NCBI GenBank assembly: GCA_965603475.1
Contig: CBFDDD010000001.1
Location: 40,003-104,002, forward strand
Direction: 5' to 3'
From: an uncultured Myxococcales bacterium
GTDB taxonomy: Bacteria > Myxococcota_A > UBA9160 > UBA4427
DNA: 64,000 nt
Shown here: piece after piece, positions 37,064 through 47,390 of the stretch
How the letters are laid out: each line of letters begins with the position of its first letter
Numbering within the stretch: the first letter of the stretch is position 1
Made by a program: the position numbers and the translations under genes
Notes under the pieces: model-generated
What the model saw: only the letters and a program-made list of their open reading frames with translations
Databases searched by the model: none
Told to the model about the DNA's origin: nothing

Positions 37064-38011
37064 ATGCTCGCGGTGAAATTCGATTCGAAGAACGTACTCG
37101 TCGAGGAGTTGCCTGCACCGTCCGGCGGGGATGTGTTGGTTCGCGTTCGTGCGTGCGGAATCTGCGGATCGGACATCACGATCCTCGATAGCGGATTTCC
37201 GATCTACGGCATCCCAGGCCACGAGATCGCTGGTGAGTTGATGGACGGGACCCCCGTCGCGATCGAGCCGATCGATGCCTGTGGGCGCTGTCGCTATTGC
37301 GTCGAGGGGAACTACCAGGTCTGCCCGAGCGGAGCGGACAAAATCTACGGCATTGGCCTACATGGCGGAATGGCGGAGCAGATCCGCGTTCCCGCGCGAT
37401 GCCTCGTGCCGTTGCCAAGGGAACTGGATGCCAGAAGCGGATTTCTCGTAGAGCCGCTCGCGGTCGCGATACACGGCGTGCGTCGCGCGCGAATCGAGAA
37501 GTCGATGCGCGTACTGGTGGTGGGGGCAGGTACGATCGGGCTGTGTGCGGCGGTTGCCGTCAACGCGGCAGAAGCCGAGGTGGCAGTCGTTGCGCGACAC
37601 GCGGCCCAGATCGAAGCCGGCGAAAAGCTCGGCGTGGAAATAGTGGGCGGGGAATCCCGAGGCGAATACGATGTCGTGATCGATTGTGCCGGATCTGCGA
37701 GCGCGACGGAGATGGCCTGCGAGTCATTGCGGCCGAACGGAACGCTTCTTCTGCTCGCCCCGTCCTGGGAGACGATCGAGATTCCGGGGCTCGTGTCTAT
37801 AGCCAGGGAACTCGAATTCGTTGTTTCCAAGATGTACGGCCGCGTGGGAAGCCTGCGCGACATCGATGCTGCGGCCGCGCTATTGGGCGCGCGTGAGGAA
37901 GTATCCGATGCGCTCATCAGTCACCGTTTTCCACTTGCCGACGCACCCCGGGCATTCGAGACCGCACGCGACCGAAAAAGTGGGGCGATCAAAGTGGTTC
38001 TCGAGCCGTGA
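37064..38011 (+). CDS. zinc-dependent medium-chain alcohol dehydrogenase family protein
   Basis: [31 protein letters not shown] (structural Zn) and [10 protein letters not shown] (Rossmann). Confidence 0.85.
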   Translation: MLAVKFDSKNVLVEELPAPSGGDVLVRVRACGICGSDITILDSGFPIYGIPGHEIAGELMDGTPVAIEPIDACGRCRYCVEGNYQVCPSGADKIYGIGLHGGMAEQIRVPARCLVPLPRELDARSGFLVEPLAVAIHGVRRARIEKSMRVLVVGAGTIGLCAAVAVNAAEAEVAVVARHAAQIEAGEKLGVEIVGGESRGEYDVVIDCAGSASATEMACESLRPNGTLLLLAPSWETIEIPGLVSIARELEFVVSKMYGRVGSLRDIDAAAALLGAREEVSDALISHRFPLADAPRAFETARDRKSGAIKVVLEP

Positions 38012-40371
38012 TGGACCGAGAGTTCGCGCGAGATCGAATCAGAAGACTGGTGTCGCTCGTGATCGTCTTCGTGACCGTCACCGCTCTCACGACGCTCGAA
38101 GCGGGGGCTGCTTCAGAGAATTCTGTGCGTACGAACCAGCCGGCGGCCCCCGCTTTTTCGCCCGACCTGCGTGCTCGTCTGAACGCGGCGCTCTCTCGTC
38201 GCGGCGCAGACTACAAGGCTCGTACGCGACATCTGCATTCGGATGGCAGGCCAATCTTCACGAATCGATTGCTACTCGAAAAGAGTCCGTACTTGCAGCA
38301 ACACGCCCACAACCCTGTGAATTGGTATCCCTGGGGTCCCGAGGCCTTTGCTGAGGCACGTCGGCTCGGCCGACCGGTACTTGTGAGCATCGGCTATTCG
38401 ACTTGCCACTGGTGTCATGTCATGGAGGAGGAGTCCTTCGACTCGATCGAGACGGCCAAGGTCTTGAACGCTCATTTTATTGCGATCAAGGTCGATCGCG
38501 AGGCGAGACCCGATGTCGACTCGATCTACATGGCGGCGATTCATGTGATGGGACAGCGGGGTGGCTGGCCCCTCAACATGTTCGTCACGGCGGAGGGCAA
38601 GCCCTTCTTTGGTGGAACCTATTTTCCACCGGAGGATCGCGGAGGTCGGCCGGGTTTCGTTCGTGTTCTCTCGCAGATCGCGTCGGCCTACGCCGAGAAC
38701 AACGATGAAGTCCAGACAGACGCCGACGCGATTGCAGCGCACATCAAGAAGCAACTCGAAGGTCGAGTGGGAATGCAGAGTACGCCATTGGGTGACCCGC
38801 AACTCCTCGCGGTCCTCGACTACTACGAGCGAATTGTGGATCGGGAATGGGGTGGGGTCGGGCAAGGGACCAAATTTCCGTCTTCGCTCCCGATCGGCCT
38901 ACTTCTTCGGGAATGGCGAAGGACGGGAGACGACGATGCGCTCTCGTTGGCGCGACTGACCCTCGACCGTATGGCCGCGGGGGGAATCCACGATCATCTG
39001 GGCGGAGGCTTCCACCGTTATTCGACCGACCCGCGGTGGCTCGTGCCGCATTTCGAGAAGATGCTCTACGACAATGCATTGATCGCAATATCCTATCTCG
39101 AAGGTTTTCAAGCAACGGGAGATCCCGGCTACGAGCGGGTTCTTCGAGATGTTCTGGACTATGTGCTGAGAGAAATGACCGCTTCGAGTGGTGGGTTCTA
39201 CTCGGCGGCCGATGCGGACAGCCTCACACCGAGTGGCGAATCCGAAGAAGGTTATTTCTTTACCTGGACGCGGACGGAAGTCGAGTTGCTTCTCGGAGCG
39301 GATGAGGCCCGTGTGCCGATTGCCTGGTACGGCATCGTCGACGAGGGTCCGCTCGAGGGTCGCAATGTGCTCCACGTCTGGCGTGACCGCGATGCGGTCG
39401 CGGCCGAGCTCGGGATGACTCCTTCGGTCTTTGATCAGAAGCTGGACGCTGCGCGCAAGCGTCTGCTCTCGGCCCGCGCGCTGCGAGCCTATCCCTTGCG
39501 TGACGACAAGATCCTGGTCGCTTGGAACGGGCTGATGATCTCGGCACTCTCGAAAGCTGGATTCGCTCTCGACGAAAAGCGCTATCTGGATGCTGCCTCG
39601 CGGTCGGCCGAAATGATTCTGACGTCGATGCGGAACGAGGGCCGTCTGGCCCGCGTATCACTGGCTGATGAAGTCGGGGGGGCGGCGTTTCTCGAAGACT
39701 ACGCGTTCTTGATCGCAGGGTTGATCGATCTCTATGAGGGGAGTGGGGAGCCACGCTGGATCCAGGCCGCCCTATCGCTTCAATCGGTCCAGGAGAACCA
39801 CTATCTCGACTCGGTCGGTGGCGGCTATTACCGAACGGCGGATGACGCTGAGGTTCTGCTGGCGCGAGAAAAGCCGATTCACGATGGTGCCCTTCCGAGT
39901 GGAAACTCCGTGGCCGCTTCGAACCTTTCACGCCTGGCTGCGCTCACGGGCAACGATGTCCACGGCGAGCGCTTGCTAAAGCTCTATTCGGCATTTGCTT
40001 CCGATCTCGAACGTTCCGGGGCCGGGTCGGCGAGACTGATGGAGACGCTGTCGGAGCGTGAAATGGGTCTTCGCGAGATCGTCCTCGTCGAGACCCGAGC
40101 GGGCGGCGACTCGAATGGCTCAGGCGCAATGCTGGCCCCCCTCAGAACGATCTTCGCGCCAAATCGTGTCGTCATTCGAGTCCAGGAGGGGGTTGAACTC
40201 GAGAATCTTGCGACGACTCTTTCGATCGTGAGTGGTAAATCTGCGATCGGGGGGAAGACGACCGCCTACGTCTGCGAGAATCGTGTCTGCCAGTTCCCGA
40301 CCAGCGATGCAAAGAAATTCAAACAACAGCTCGAGGCCTTGCCCGCTCGATCTTCGTCAGGAGAACAATGA
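38008..40371 (+). CDS. thioredoxin-domain protein of the DUF255/YyaL type (thioredoxin-like + alpha/alpha-toroid domain), membrane-anchored or exported
   Basis: N-terminal hydrophobic segment, [18 protein letters not shown] and [12 protein letters not shown], with a long C-terminal six-hairpin-like region. Start overlaps the upstream TGA. Confidence 0.85.
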   Translation: MMDREFARDRIRRLVSLVIVFVTVTALTTLEAGAASENSVRTNQPAAPAFSPDLRARLNAALSRRGADYKARTRHLHSDGRPIFTNRLLLEKSPYLQQHAHNPVNWYPWGPEAFAEARRLGRPVLVSIGYSTCHWCHVMEEESFDSIETAKVLNAHFIAIKVDREARPDVDSIYMAAIHVMGQRGGWPLNMFVTAEGKPFFGGTYFPPEDRGGRPGFVRVLSQIASAYAENNDEVQTDADAIAAHIKKQLEGRVGMQSTPLGDPQLLAVLDYYERIVDREWGGVGQGTKFPSSLPIGLLLREWRRTGDDDALSLARLTLDRMAAGGIHDHLGGGFHRYSTDPRWLVPHFEKMLYDNALIAISYLEGFQATGDPGYERVLRDVLDYVLREMTASSGGFYSAADADSLTPSGESEEGYFFTWTRTEVELLLGADEARVPIAWYGIVDEGPLEGRNVLHVWRDRDAVAAELGMTPSVFDQKLDAARKRLLSARALRAYPLRDDKILVAWNGLMISALSKAGFALDEKRYLDAASRSAEMILTSMRNEGRLARVSLADEVGGAAFLEDYAFLIAGLIDLYEGSGEPRWIQAALSLQSVQENHYLDSVGGGYYRTADDAEVLLAREKPIHDGALPSGNSVAASNLSRLAALTGNDVHGERLLKLYSAFASDLERSGAGSARLMETLSEREMGLREIVLVETRAGGDSNGSGAMLAPLRTIFAPNRVVIRVQEGVELENLATTLSIVSGKSAIGGKTTAYVCENRVCQFPTSDAKKFKQQLEALPARSSSGEQ

Positions 40372-40372
40372 A

Positions 40373-41212
40373 ATGAGTTGGCGAGAGAGAAAAGTCACAC
40401 TTCTCGGGCGCGGTGAAATTTTCGTCCGCGAGTCCACTGGGCCCCCGAACGCGCCGACCCTGCTGCTGCTGCATGGCCTCGGTGCGACAGGTTTGCTCAA
40501 TTGGAGGCCGGTATTCGAGCCCCTGAGACGCTCCTATCGCGTCCTGGTCGTCGACCATCGCGGGCATGGACGTGGAATGCGAATTCGAGCCCCGTTCCGC
40601 CTGGCGGATTGCGCGGATGATGTCGCCGCCCTGACCGAATCGCTGGGCATCGATCGCTTTGTTGCCGTCGGATATTCGATGGGCGGCCCGATCGCACAAT
40701 TACTCTGGCAGCGACATCGTCGTCGCGTGGAAGGGATGGTCCTGTGCGCGACGGCTTGTCGCTTCGCTTCGAGCGATCGACGCCGCTTGAGTCATGCATT
40801 CACACCGATCCTGAATGTCGCGGGTCGCGTTGCGCCGAGGAGAACGATTCGACGTGTGGCACAGCAATACCTCTCGGATGCCATAGCGGATCCTGCCCTT
40901 CGCGAGCGGGTGATGTCCGAAGTCGGGAGCAGTGATCCCGTGACTGTGGGGCAAGCCGCTGCGGCCGTCATGCGATTCGATTCATCGGAATGGATCTCGG
41001 ACGTCGATGTCCCGACATCGATCGTCTTGACGCAAAAGGATCGGCTCGTTTCAGCAGCCAGCCAACGGGCGATGGCGGATCGGATTTCTGACTCCGTCAT
41101 CCATGGGGTTCCGGGTGATCACAGCATCTGCGTGACCCAACCCTCCGTATTCGTCCCGGCACTCGAACAGGCCTGTGCTTCAGTCGTGAGACGTGCGCGC
41201 CAGGTTCGCTAG
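40373..41212 (+). CDS. alpha/beta hydrolase
   Basis: LLLLHGLGATG, nucleophile elbow GYSMGG, and C-terminal GDHSI. ATG lies 1 nt after the upstream stop. Confidence 0.8.
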   Translation: MSWRERKVTLLGRGEIFVRESTGPPNAPTLLLLHGLGATGLLNWRPVFEPLRRSYRVLVVDHRGHGRGMRIRAPFRLADCADDVAALTESLGIDRFVAVGYSMGGPIAQLLWQRHRRRVEGMVLCATACRFASSDRRRLSHAFTPILNVAGRVAPRRTIRRVAQQYLSDAIADPALRERVMSEVGSSDPVTVGQAAAAVMRFDSSEWISDVDVPTSIVLTQKDRLVSAASQRAMADRISDSVIHGVPGDHSICVTQPSVFVPALEQACASVVRRARQVR

Positions 41213-41215
41213 GCG

Positions 41216-42031
41216 TCACTCTCCGCCAATCCCGATTCGCGGATACTGAAAACTGGATCGGACTTCGGGGTCCAGTCTTTCGTTGATCAGTTGAACGCAG
41301 TCGTCGTCGAGCTCGCCACGCCATCGTTCGTTCAGATAGTACGCTCGGTAGTCGTCGAAGGTCTTGCCGCGATCACGTCTCTTCATGGCTTCGTGAACGT
41401 TCTTGAATGGACGGCTACGGGGCTGGATCCCATGTTCGCTGCAGAGCCCGTCCAGGAATCCAAGGGGATCGGCCAGTAGGTCTTCGTAGCGACAATGAAC
41501 CACCGTCGTCTGGCCACCCAGCCTGAGGTACGCCGCATTCTTCTGATTCCACATTTCGACCGGGCTGACGAACGCCGCTGGAGCATTTTCGCGGCGGACC
41601 GTTTCCCAGGGTTCTTTCAGGAATTGTTCGAAGCTCGAGTATTTGCGCTTCGCGTGATACGGCTGTCGGTAGAGAGAGAGCAGCCAGGCGTAGGGATTCT
41701 TGGTCAGGGTCAGAAAGAGGGGTCGGGGCGAATCGCGTCGAGGCGTCCTTCCTTGATTCGGGTTCGGGATGGCGTGCTTCCAACCGAGATTCCGCCAATC
41801 GGTTGCCCGGAAATACCAATCTCGCACGATTTCAGAGTTCGGGAATAGTCGACGGATGGATCTGGGAACTCCACCGCGGAGACAGTCGACATGTAGATTT
41901 CGAACGAGCAGCGCTTCGAGATACGACGTGCCGGTGTTCCGTTCGCCGTAGATCTTGACCCTCTGAGGGCCCGCTCGCTCGATCCTCGCGCCTTTTCCGG
42001 GCTCTCGCATGGTCTCTTTATGATGACGCAT
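41216..42031 (-). CDS. sulfotransferase-like P-loop protein
   Basis: GERNTGTSYLE resembles the PAPS 5'-phosphosulfate loop, and LTLTKNPYAWLLSLY resembles the RNPxDxxxS 3'-phosphate motif. Motif-level call only. Confidence 0.45.
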   Translation of the reverse strand: MRHHKETMREPGKGARIERAGPQRVKIYGERNTGTSYLEALLVRNLHVDCLRGGVPRSIRRLFPNSEIVRDWYFRATDWRNLGWKHAIPNPNQGRTPRRDSPRPLFLTLTKNPYAWLLSLYRQPYHAKRKYSSFEQFLKEPWETVRRENAPAAFVSPVEMWNQKNAAYLRLGGQTTVVHCRYEDLLADPLGFLDGLCSEHGIQPRSRPFKNVHEAMKRRDRGKTFDDYRAYYLNERWRGELDDDCVQLINERLDPEVRSSFQYPRIGIGGE

Positions 42032-42218
42032 CTCGTCGGGACGCCGAGTCCACCAGCGGAATCAGGGCCACGGGAGGCAAAATTGGACTGTTTTCAAACC
42101 ATCGTTCTAATATGATTCAGAGCGATTGGGCACATCCTGTCCTTCCAGGCCTTTCCACAGCGCCGCGCGCGCGGTACAAGAAGGCCGGCATTGACGGCAT
42201 CGGCAACAAGCCTGCGGG

Positions 42219-43499
42219 GTGAGATACGTGGACGTCGGACTCTTTGGGATAGAGCTCGCGCTCGCGCTTGGCGCGGTGCTTGCCTTCTATATGGCGTGGG
42301 CGATCGGCGCGAACGACGTCGCGAACGCGATGGGCACGAGCGTCGGCTCGGGGGCGCTCACGATCACAGGGGCGGTCCTGGTCGCGGGTCTGCTCGAGTT
42401 CTCGGGCGCCTTTCTTGCGGGTGGCCACGTTACGAACACCGTTCGCAAAGGCATGCTCGATGCTGTCCTTGTCGAGCAGAATCCTGAGCTCGTTCTGTAC
42501 GGGATGCTCGCGGCGCTCGCCTCCGCCGGGACCCTGCTTCTCGTTGCCACCCGCTTCGGCCTTCCCGTTTCGACGACGCATGCGATCGTCGGGGCGATCG
42601 TCGGCTTTGGCTCCGTTGGTCTCGGGGTGGACGCCGTTGCCTGGGGAAAGGTCTCACAGATCGTCGCATCCTGGGTGACGTCTCCGTTGATCGGCGGAGT
42701 ACTGGCCTTTCTGATATTTGGTCTGATACGGAGTCGAGTGCTCGATCGTGACAAGCCGATCGAGGAGCTCACGCGAATCGGTCCGTTCTTCTTTTTCTAT
42801 GTCTTTTTCATCATGGGTCTCGTCACGCTCTTCAAGGGCCTCAAGAATCTGAACCTCGATCTGGATCTCCCCCAGGCACTCGCCGCATCGACCGCGCTGG
42901 GTCTGTTCGGTGCCGTCTTCGGCCTCATCGTGATGCGCCGTGCGTCTCGTCGGGCGGGCCAGATGGAAGACGGTGACGCTCAATATCGGCATGTCGAGCG
43001 CGTCTTCGTCGTACTCCAGATCATGACGGCCTGCGCGGTTGCCTTTGCACATGGTTCGAATGATGTCGCCAATTCGATCGGGCCCCTCGCGGCCGTGCAT
43101 AGCATTGTCACGACCGGCGCTGCAGGAACGACGGCTTCGGTCGAGCCGTGGATGCTTGCGCTCGGTGGTTTGGGGATCATCATCGGGCTTGCGACCTGGG
43201 GCTACCGTGTCATGGAGACGGTCGGCACAAAAATCACTGAGCTGACGCCCAGTCGCGGTTTCGCCGCGGAACTCGCAGCGGCGACGACGATTGTGCTCGC
43301 CTCGCGATTGGGGATTCCAGTGTCGACGACTCACATCCTGGTCGGTTCGGTACTCGGGGTCGGGCTCGCACGGGGCATCGGTGCCCTCGATCTGCGCGTG
43401 GTTGGCAGCATTCTGGTCTCGTGGGTGGCTACACTTCCCCTTGCCGCCGCGCTTTCGGTGTTCTTCTTCTACTTCTTCAAGGGGCTGCTCGGGTCCTAG
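42219..43499 (+). CDS. inorganic phosphate transporter, PiT family
   Basis: Duplicated GANDVANAMGTSVG and GSNDVANSIGP signatures in a polytopic protein. GTG start. Confidence 0.9.
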   Translation: MRYVDVGLFGIELALALGAVLAFYMAWAIGANDVANAMGTSVGSGALTITGAVLVAGLLEFSGAFLAGGHVTNTVRKGMLDAVLVEQNPELVLYGMLAALASAGTLLLVATRFGLPVSTTHAIVGAIVGFGSVGLGVDAVAWGKVSQIVASWVTSPLIGGVLAFLIFGLIRSRVLDRDKPIEELTRIGPFFFFYVFFIMGLVTLFKGLKNLNLDLDLPQALAASTALGLFGAVFGLIVMRRASRRAGQMEDGDAQYRHVERVFVVLQIMTACAVAFAHGSNDVANSIGPLAAVHSIVTTGAAGTTASVEPWMLALGGLGIIIGLATWGYRVMETVGTKITELTPSRGFAAELAAATTIVLASRLGIPVSTTHILVGSVLGVGLARGIGALDLRVVGSILVSWVATLPLAAALSVFFFYFFKGLLGS

Positions 43500-43532
43500 G
43501 CCCGTGCCCGAGCTACAAGCGAGGAATCAAGC

Positions 43533-44201
43533 ATGAGCGTGATAGCGAATCTATTCGGCCGTTCGCCGATTCGTCCGATGCAGGCGCATATGCAGGCGGC
43601 CTCGGAATGTGCGCGTGCGATTCTGCCCGTTCTCGACGCGATGGCAAACGGGGACATGATTGCCCTCGACCGCGGGCGCGCAAACGTCGACGAGCTCGAA
43701 CACCGTGCGGACGAACTCAAACACGAGATCCGTCGACATCTTCCGAAGCGGCTGTTCATGGCTGTCGAACGACGAGACATGCTCGAAATCCTCGACTGCC
43801 AGGACTCGATTGCGGACGTCGCACAGGACGTTGCTGAACTCGCCGCGCTGCGACATATGACCACGCCAGAAGCACTGAAGGCTCCGCTCGTCGCACTTGC
43901 GGAAGCTGCGATTGCGACTTGTGCCCAGAGCGAGAGCGTCATCAATGAGCTCGACGAACTGGTCGAGACGGGCTTTGGGCGACATGAGGTCGCTCGCGTC
44001 GAGGTCATGATCGAGAAGCTCAATGACCTCGAAAGTCTGGCGGACGAGCGCGGAGAAGAAGCGCTGCGGAAACTCTTTTCGATCGAGGACGAGATCGGAG
44101 TTGGGGCCTACTACTGGTACGAGATCATTCAATGGATCGGCGACATCGCCGACTACGCGGAACGCGTGGGCAATCGGATCCGGCTGTTGATCGCGAGCTG
44201 A
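43533..44201 (+). CDS. DUF47 / PhoU-like phosphate-transport accessory protein (TIGR00153-type)
   Basis: A 222-aa all-helical protein: LFGRSPIRPMQAHMQ ... HRADELKHEIRRHL ... DIADYAERVGNRI. It is adjacent to the PiT gene. Confidence 0.75.
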   Translation: MSVIANLFGRSPIRPMQAHMQAASECARAILPVLDAMANGDMIALDRGRANVDELEHRADELKHEIRRHLPKRLFMAVERRDMLEILDCQDSIADVAQDVAELAALRHMTTPEALKAPLVALAEAAIATCAQSESVINELDELVETGFGRHEVARVEVMIEKLNDLESLADERGEEALRKLFSIEDEIGVGAYYWYEIIQWIGDIADYAERVGNRIRLLIAS

Positions 44202-44243
44202 GCGAGGACGAAGCCGCGCGTCGGATGGCTGATCCGGAGGATT

Positions 44244-45119
44244 TCAGCCGCCGTGGTTCGCGCGTAGAGCTGCAATTCTCGTATCGAGCGGCGGGTGGGT
44301 CGCGAAGAGTGCTGCCATGCGACCGCCGGCGATTCCGGAGGCCACCATGCTGTCCGGCAGCTCCGCCGATCCGCCCTTCAGCGATTCGAGCGCCGCGATC
44401 ATGTTTTCCGCCCCCGCGTAGTGTGCGCCACCCTCGTCTGCCCGAAATTCGCGCCGTCGCGAGAACCAACTGACGATCATCGAGGCCAGGATTCCGAGCA
44501 GGATCTGGGCGATGATGGACGAAACCCAGTAGCCGAGCCCATGCCCCCGCTCGTTCTTGAGGATCACGCGATCGACGAAGTGTCCGACGATTCGCGAGAG
44601 GAAGATGACGAAGGTATTCACGACGCCCTGGATCAGGGCCAGGGTGACCATGTCGCCGTTGGCGACGTGGGCAATCTCGTGACCGAGCACGGCGTCGATT
44701 TCATTCTTTCGCATCGTTTGAAGCAAGCCCGTGCTGACGGCGACGAGGGCCGAGTTCCGACGCATCCCGGTCGCGAATGCATTGGGTCCATCGGCCGGAA
44801 AAATGGCGACATCCGGCATGCGGATGCCGGCCGCCTCCGAGTGGGCACGAACCCGCGCCAGCAACCATTGGGAGTCAGGATCGGTCGCGTCATTGATCAG
44901 CTTGGCCCCGGTCTGCCATTTCGCCATCGGCTTCGAGAGCGCAAGCGAGACGAACGAGCCCGCAAATCCGATGACAGCCGAGTAGATGAGCAGCGCGCCA
45001 AGGTCGAGATCGCGACCTTGCTCGTCGAGGACGTCTCCAATACCGAAGACCGAGAAGAGAACGGCGATGACAGCCAGGACTGCGATGTTGGTGAGAAGAA
45101 AGAGGCCGATTCGCTTCAT
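44244..45119 (-). CDS. htpX: zinc metalloprotease HtpX
   Basis: N-terminal TMs, [10 protein letters not shown] (HExxH), and C-terminal [12 protein letters not shown]. Confidence 0.9.
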   Translation of the reverse strand: MKRIGLFLLTNIAVLAVIAVLFSVFGIGDVLDEQGRDLDLGALLIYSAVIGFAGSFVSLALSKPMAKWQTGAKLINDATDPDSQWLLARVRAHSEAAGIRMPDVAIFPADGPNAFATGMRRNSALVAVSTGLLQTMRKNEIDAVLGHEIAHVANGDMVTLALIQGVVNTFVIFLSRIVGHFVDRVILKNERGHGLGYWVSSIIAQILLGILASMIVSWFSRRREFRADEGGAHYAGAENMIAALESLKGGSAELPDSMVASGIAGGRMAALFATHPPLDTRIAALRANHGG

Positions 45120-45205
45120 TCCGGTCTGCCCTATCGATTTGGGTTGGAGTAGGAGCGTACCACCAATCGGCTAGAAGCCGTGGGGCTCGTCTCGAAAATC
45201 ATTCG

Positions 45206-46549
45206 ATGTACGATCTCGTGGAACATACCCGGCCCCCAGTGTCTCTCGATGAGTTTGTCGAATTCGATGCCGAGACGGAGGAAACCTTGAATAGATTGGA
45301 CTCGATCGAACGAGAGGAAGTCGATGTCGACTACCTTGGCGCTTCCGCCTGGGACGAGCATGCGCATGATCGAATGCGGACACTTCGAAGAGGCGCCCCC
45401 GTCTATTGGGCGCCCCAGAATGAGCTGTGGGTCGTCTCGAAATACGACGACATCGTCGAAATCTCGCGGGATCCTGAACTTTTCTGCTCTGGCCAGGGCA
45501 TTCGCCCGGGAATTCCGGTTCGCCAGGCTCTGATCGACGAGGACGACCCGAAACACTGTCAACTTCGCCGCACGATCAATCGCGGATTTACGCCACGCAT
45601 GGTCAAACTGCTCGAGGAAAAGTTCGAGACCATCACTCGCGAGGCGATCGACTCCGTCGCCGGCGTGGGACATTGCGATTTCGTCGAGTCGATCGCCGTT
45701 CCGCTACCAGCGATTCTCATCGCAGAGATGATCGGAATTCCGAAGCTCGATCATCATCGATTTCACCAATGGTCCGACGCGATGATGCGGGCCGATGGTC
45801 ACTATGACGATGCGGAAATCATGGGTCGCGCGGGGCAAGCGGCTCTGGAATATTCCATCTACATCAAGGACGTCATCGAGCAACGTCGGGTCGAGCCCCG
45901 TGAAGATCTCATCAGTGCGCTCGTCGCTGCAGACGAAGCGGGCGTTCTCGAGCGATTCGATCTCGAATCGATCGACGGCGGGCGTGAGATTGCAGATGGC
46001 GCTCAAGAGCTCGCCGCCGATGAGCTCGTGATGGTGTTGATCACGCTGATGGTGGCCGGGAACGAAACGACTCGGAACGCGCTTTCGGGCAGTGTGGAGC
46101 TCTTGATTCGGAACCCCGAAGTTCGAGATCGCCTGGTCGCGAATCCGGAGTTGATTCCCGATGCCGTCGAGGAGTTTCTGCGTGTCGTATCGCCCGTTCA
46201 TGCTTTCGCGCGCACGGCAACCCGAGACACTGTCCTTCGCGGTCAGCGCATCGATGAGGGACAAAAGGTTCTGATGCTCTATCCGTCCGGAAATCGAGAC
46301 GAAGACATTTTTGATTGTCCCGACGAGGTCCGAATCGATCGCAAGCCAAGCCACCTCGCGTTTGGAATTGGACATCATTTTTGTCTTGGCGCGAATCTGG
46401 CGCGCATGGAACTGCGCGTCGCGTTGCGCCAGTTGCTTCGGAGGCTGCCGGACATGCGATTCGCCGACGCGGGGCCGATCGTTGAGCCGCACGCGTTGGT
46501 GCGTTCGTGCACGCGGATGGACGTGCGTTTTACGAAAGTATCGCCTTAG
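45206..46549 (+). CDS. cytochrome P450
   Basis: AGNETT (I-helix), ExxR (EEFLR), and haem loop FGIGHHFCLGANLA. No ferredoxin or reductase gene is adjacent. Confidence 0.9.
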   Translation: MYDLVEHTRPPVSLDEFVEFDAETEETLNRLDSIEREEVDVDYLGASAWDEHAHDRMRTLRRGAPVYWAPQNELWVVSKYDDIVEISRDPELFCSGQGIRPGIPVRQALIDEDDPKHCQLRRTINRGFTPRMVKLLEEKFETITREAIDSVAGVGHCDFVESIAVPLPAILIAEMIGIPKLDHHRFHQWSDAMMRADGHYDDAEIMGRAGQAALEYSIYIKDVIEQRRVEPREDLISALVAADEAGVLERFDLESIDGGREIADGAQELAADELVMVLITLMVAGNETTRNALSGSVELLIRNPEVRDRLVANPELIPDAVEEFLRVVSPVHAFARTATRDTVLRGQRIDEGQKVLMLYPSGNRDEDIFDCPDEVRIDRKPSHLAFGIGHHFCLGANLARMELRVALRQLLRRLPDMRFADAGPIVEPHALVRSCTRMDVRFTKVSP

Positions 46550-46559
46550 GAGAACGAAA

Positions 46560-47390
46560 TTGACGGATCGCATAAAGGTGGAGATCAATGCGGGGGTGGC
46601 TCACGTCTTGTTGAACCGTCCCGAGAAGAAGAACGCATTGGACGGAGAGATGTTCGAAGGTCTGCGTGCCGCCGCGCGTGAAATCGCGGATGATCGCTCC
46701 GTTCGTGTGGTGGTTCTTTCGGGCGCAGGGGACTCCTTCTGCTCTGGGATCGATCTATCCAATTTCAGCGACATGGCGAGTGGTGGACTGAGCGCAGAGA
46801 GCGAATCGGTCCAGGCTGCCGTCGCGGACAAGAGCGCCGAGGGCGCCAACAGTGCTCAACAGCTTGCGTGGCAGTGGCAGGAACTGCCGGTCCCCGTGAT
46901 CGCGGCGGTTTCCGGAGTCGCCTATGGGGGCGGGCTACACATTGCGCTCGGGGCCGACATCCGAATCGTGGCGCCCGATGCGCGCATTGCCTTCGTCGAA
47001 ATTTCCTGGGGGCTCGTACCCGATCTTTCAGGTACCCAGGCCATGCGGCGACTCGTGCCGCTCGATCTGGCGAAGAAGCTCGTCTTCACGGGCGAGACGA
47101 TTTCCGGAGAGCAAGCCGTCGCGCTTCACATCGCGACCGAAGTGAGCGATCAGCCTCTCGAGGCTGCCTTCGTGTTGGCACGCAAGATCGCGGGGCAAAG
47201 CCCGGATGCGATTCGCGCGGCCAAAAAGCTATTGAACAGTTCAGGGCTCGTCCCACTGGCCGAAGGGCTCGCGAACGAGATGGCCGCTTCGAGCAAATTG
47301 ATGGGCAGTCAGAATCAGATCGAGGCGGTGATGTCGAAGCTCGAGAAGCGCGCGGGCAAATTTGCTGATCCAGGGGATCTGGCGAGATGA
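46560..47390 (+). CDS. enoyl-CoA hydratase/isomerase (crotonase) family protein
   Basis: AHVLLNRPEKKNALD, VVVLSGAGDSFCSGIDL and AAVSGVAYGGG. An in-frame TTG start at 46560 is proposed, because ORF-track start 46311 lies inside the P450 gene. Confidence 0.85.
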   Translation: MTDRIKVEINAGVAHVLLNRPEKKNALDGEMFEGLRAAAREIADDRSVRVVVLSGAGDSFCSGIDLSNFSDMASGGLSAESESVQAAVADKSAEGANSAQQLAWQWQELPVPVIAAVSGVAYGGGLHIALGADIRIVAPDARIAFVEISWGLVPDLSGTQAMRRLVPLDLAKKLVFTGETISGEQAVALHIATEVSDQPLEAAFVLARKIAGQSPDAIRAAKKLLNSSGLVPLAEGLANEMAASSKLMGSQNQIEAVMSKLEKRAGKFADPGDLAR

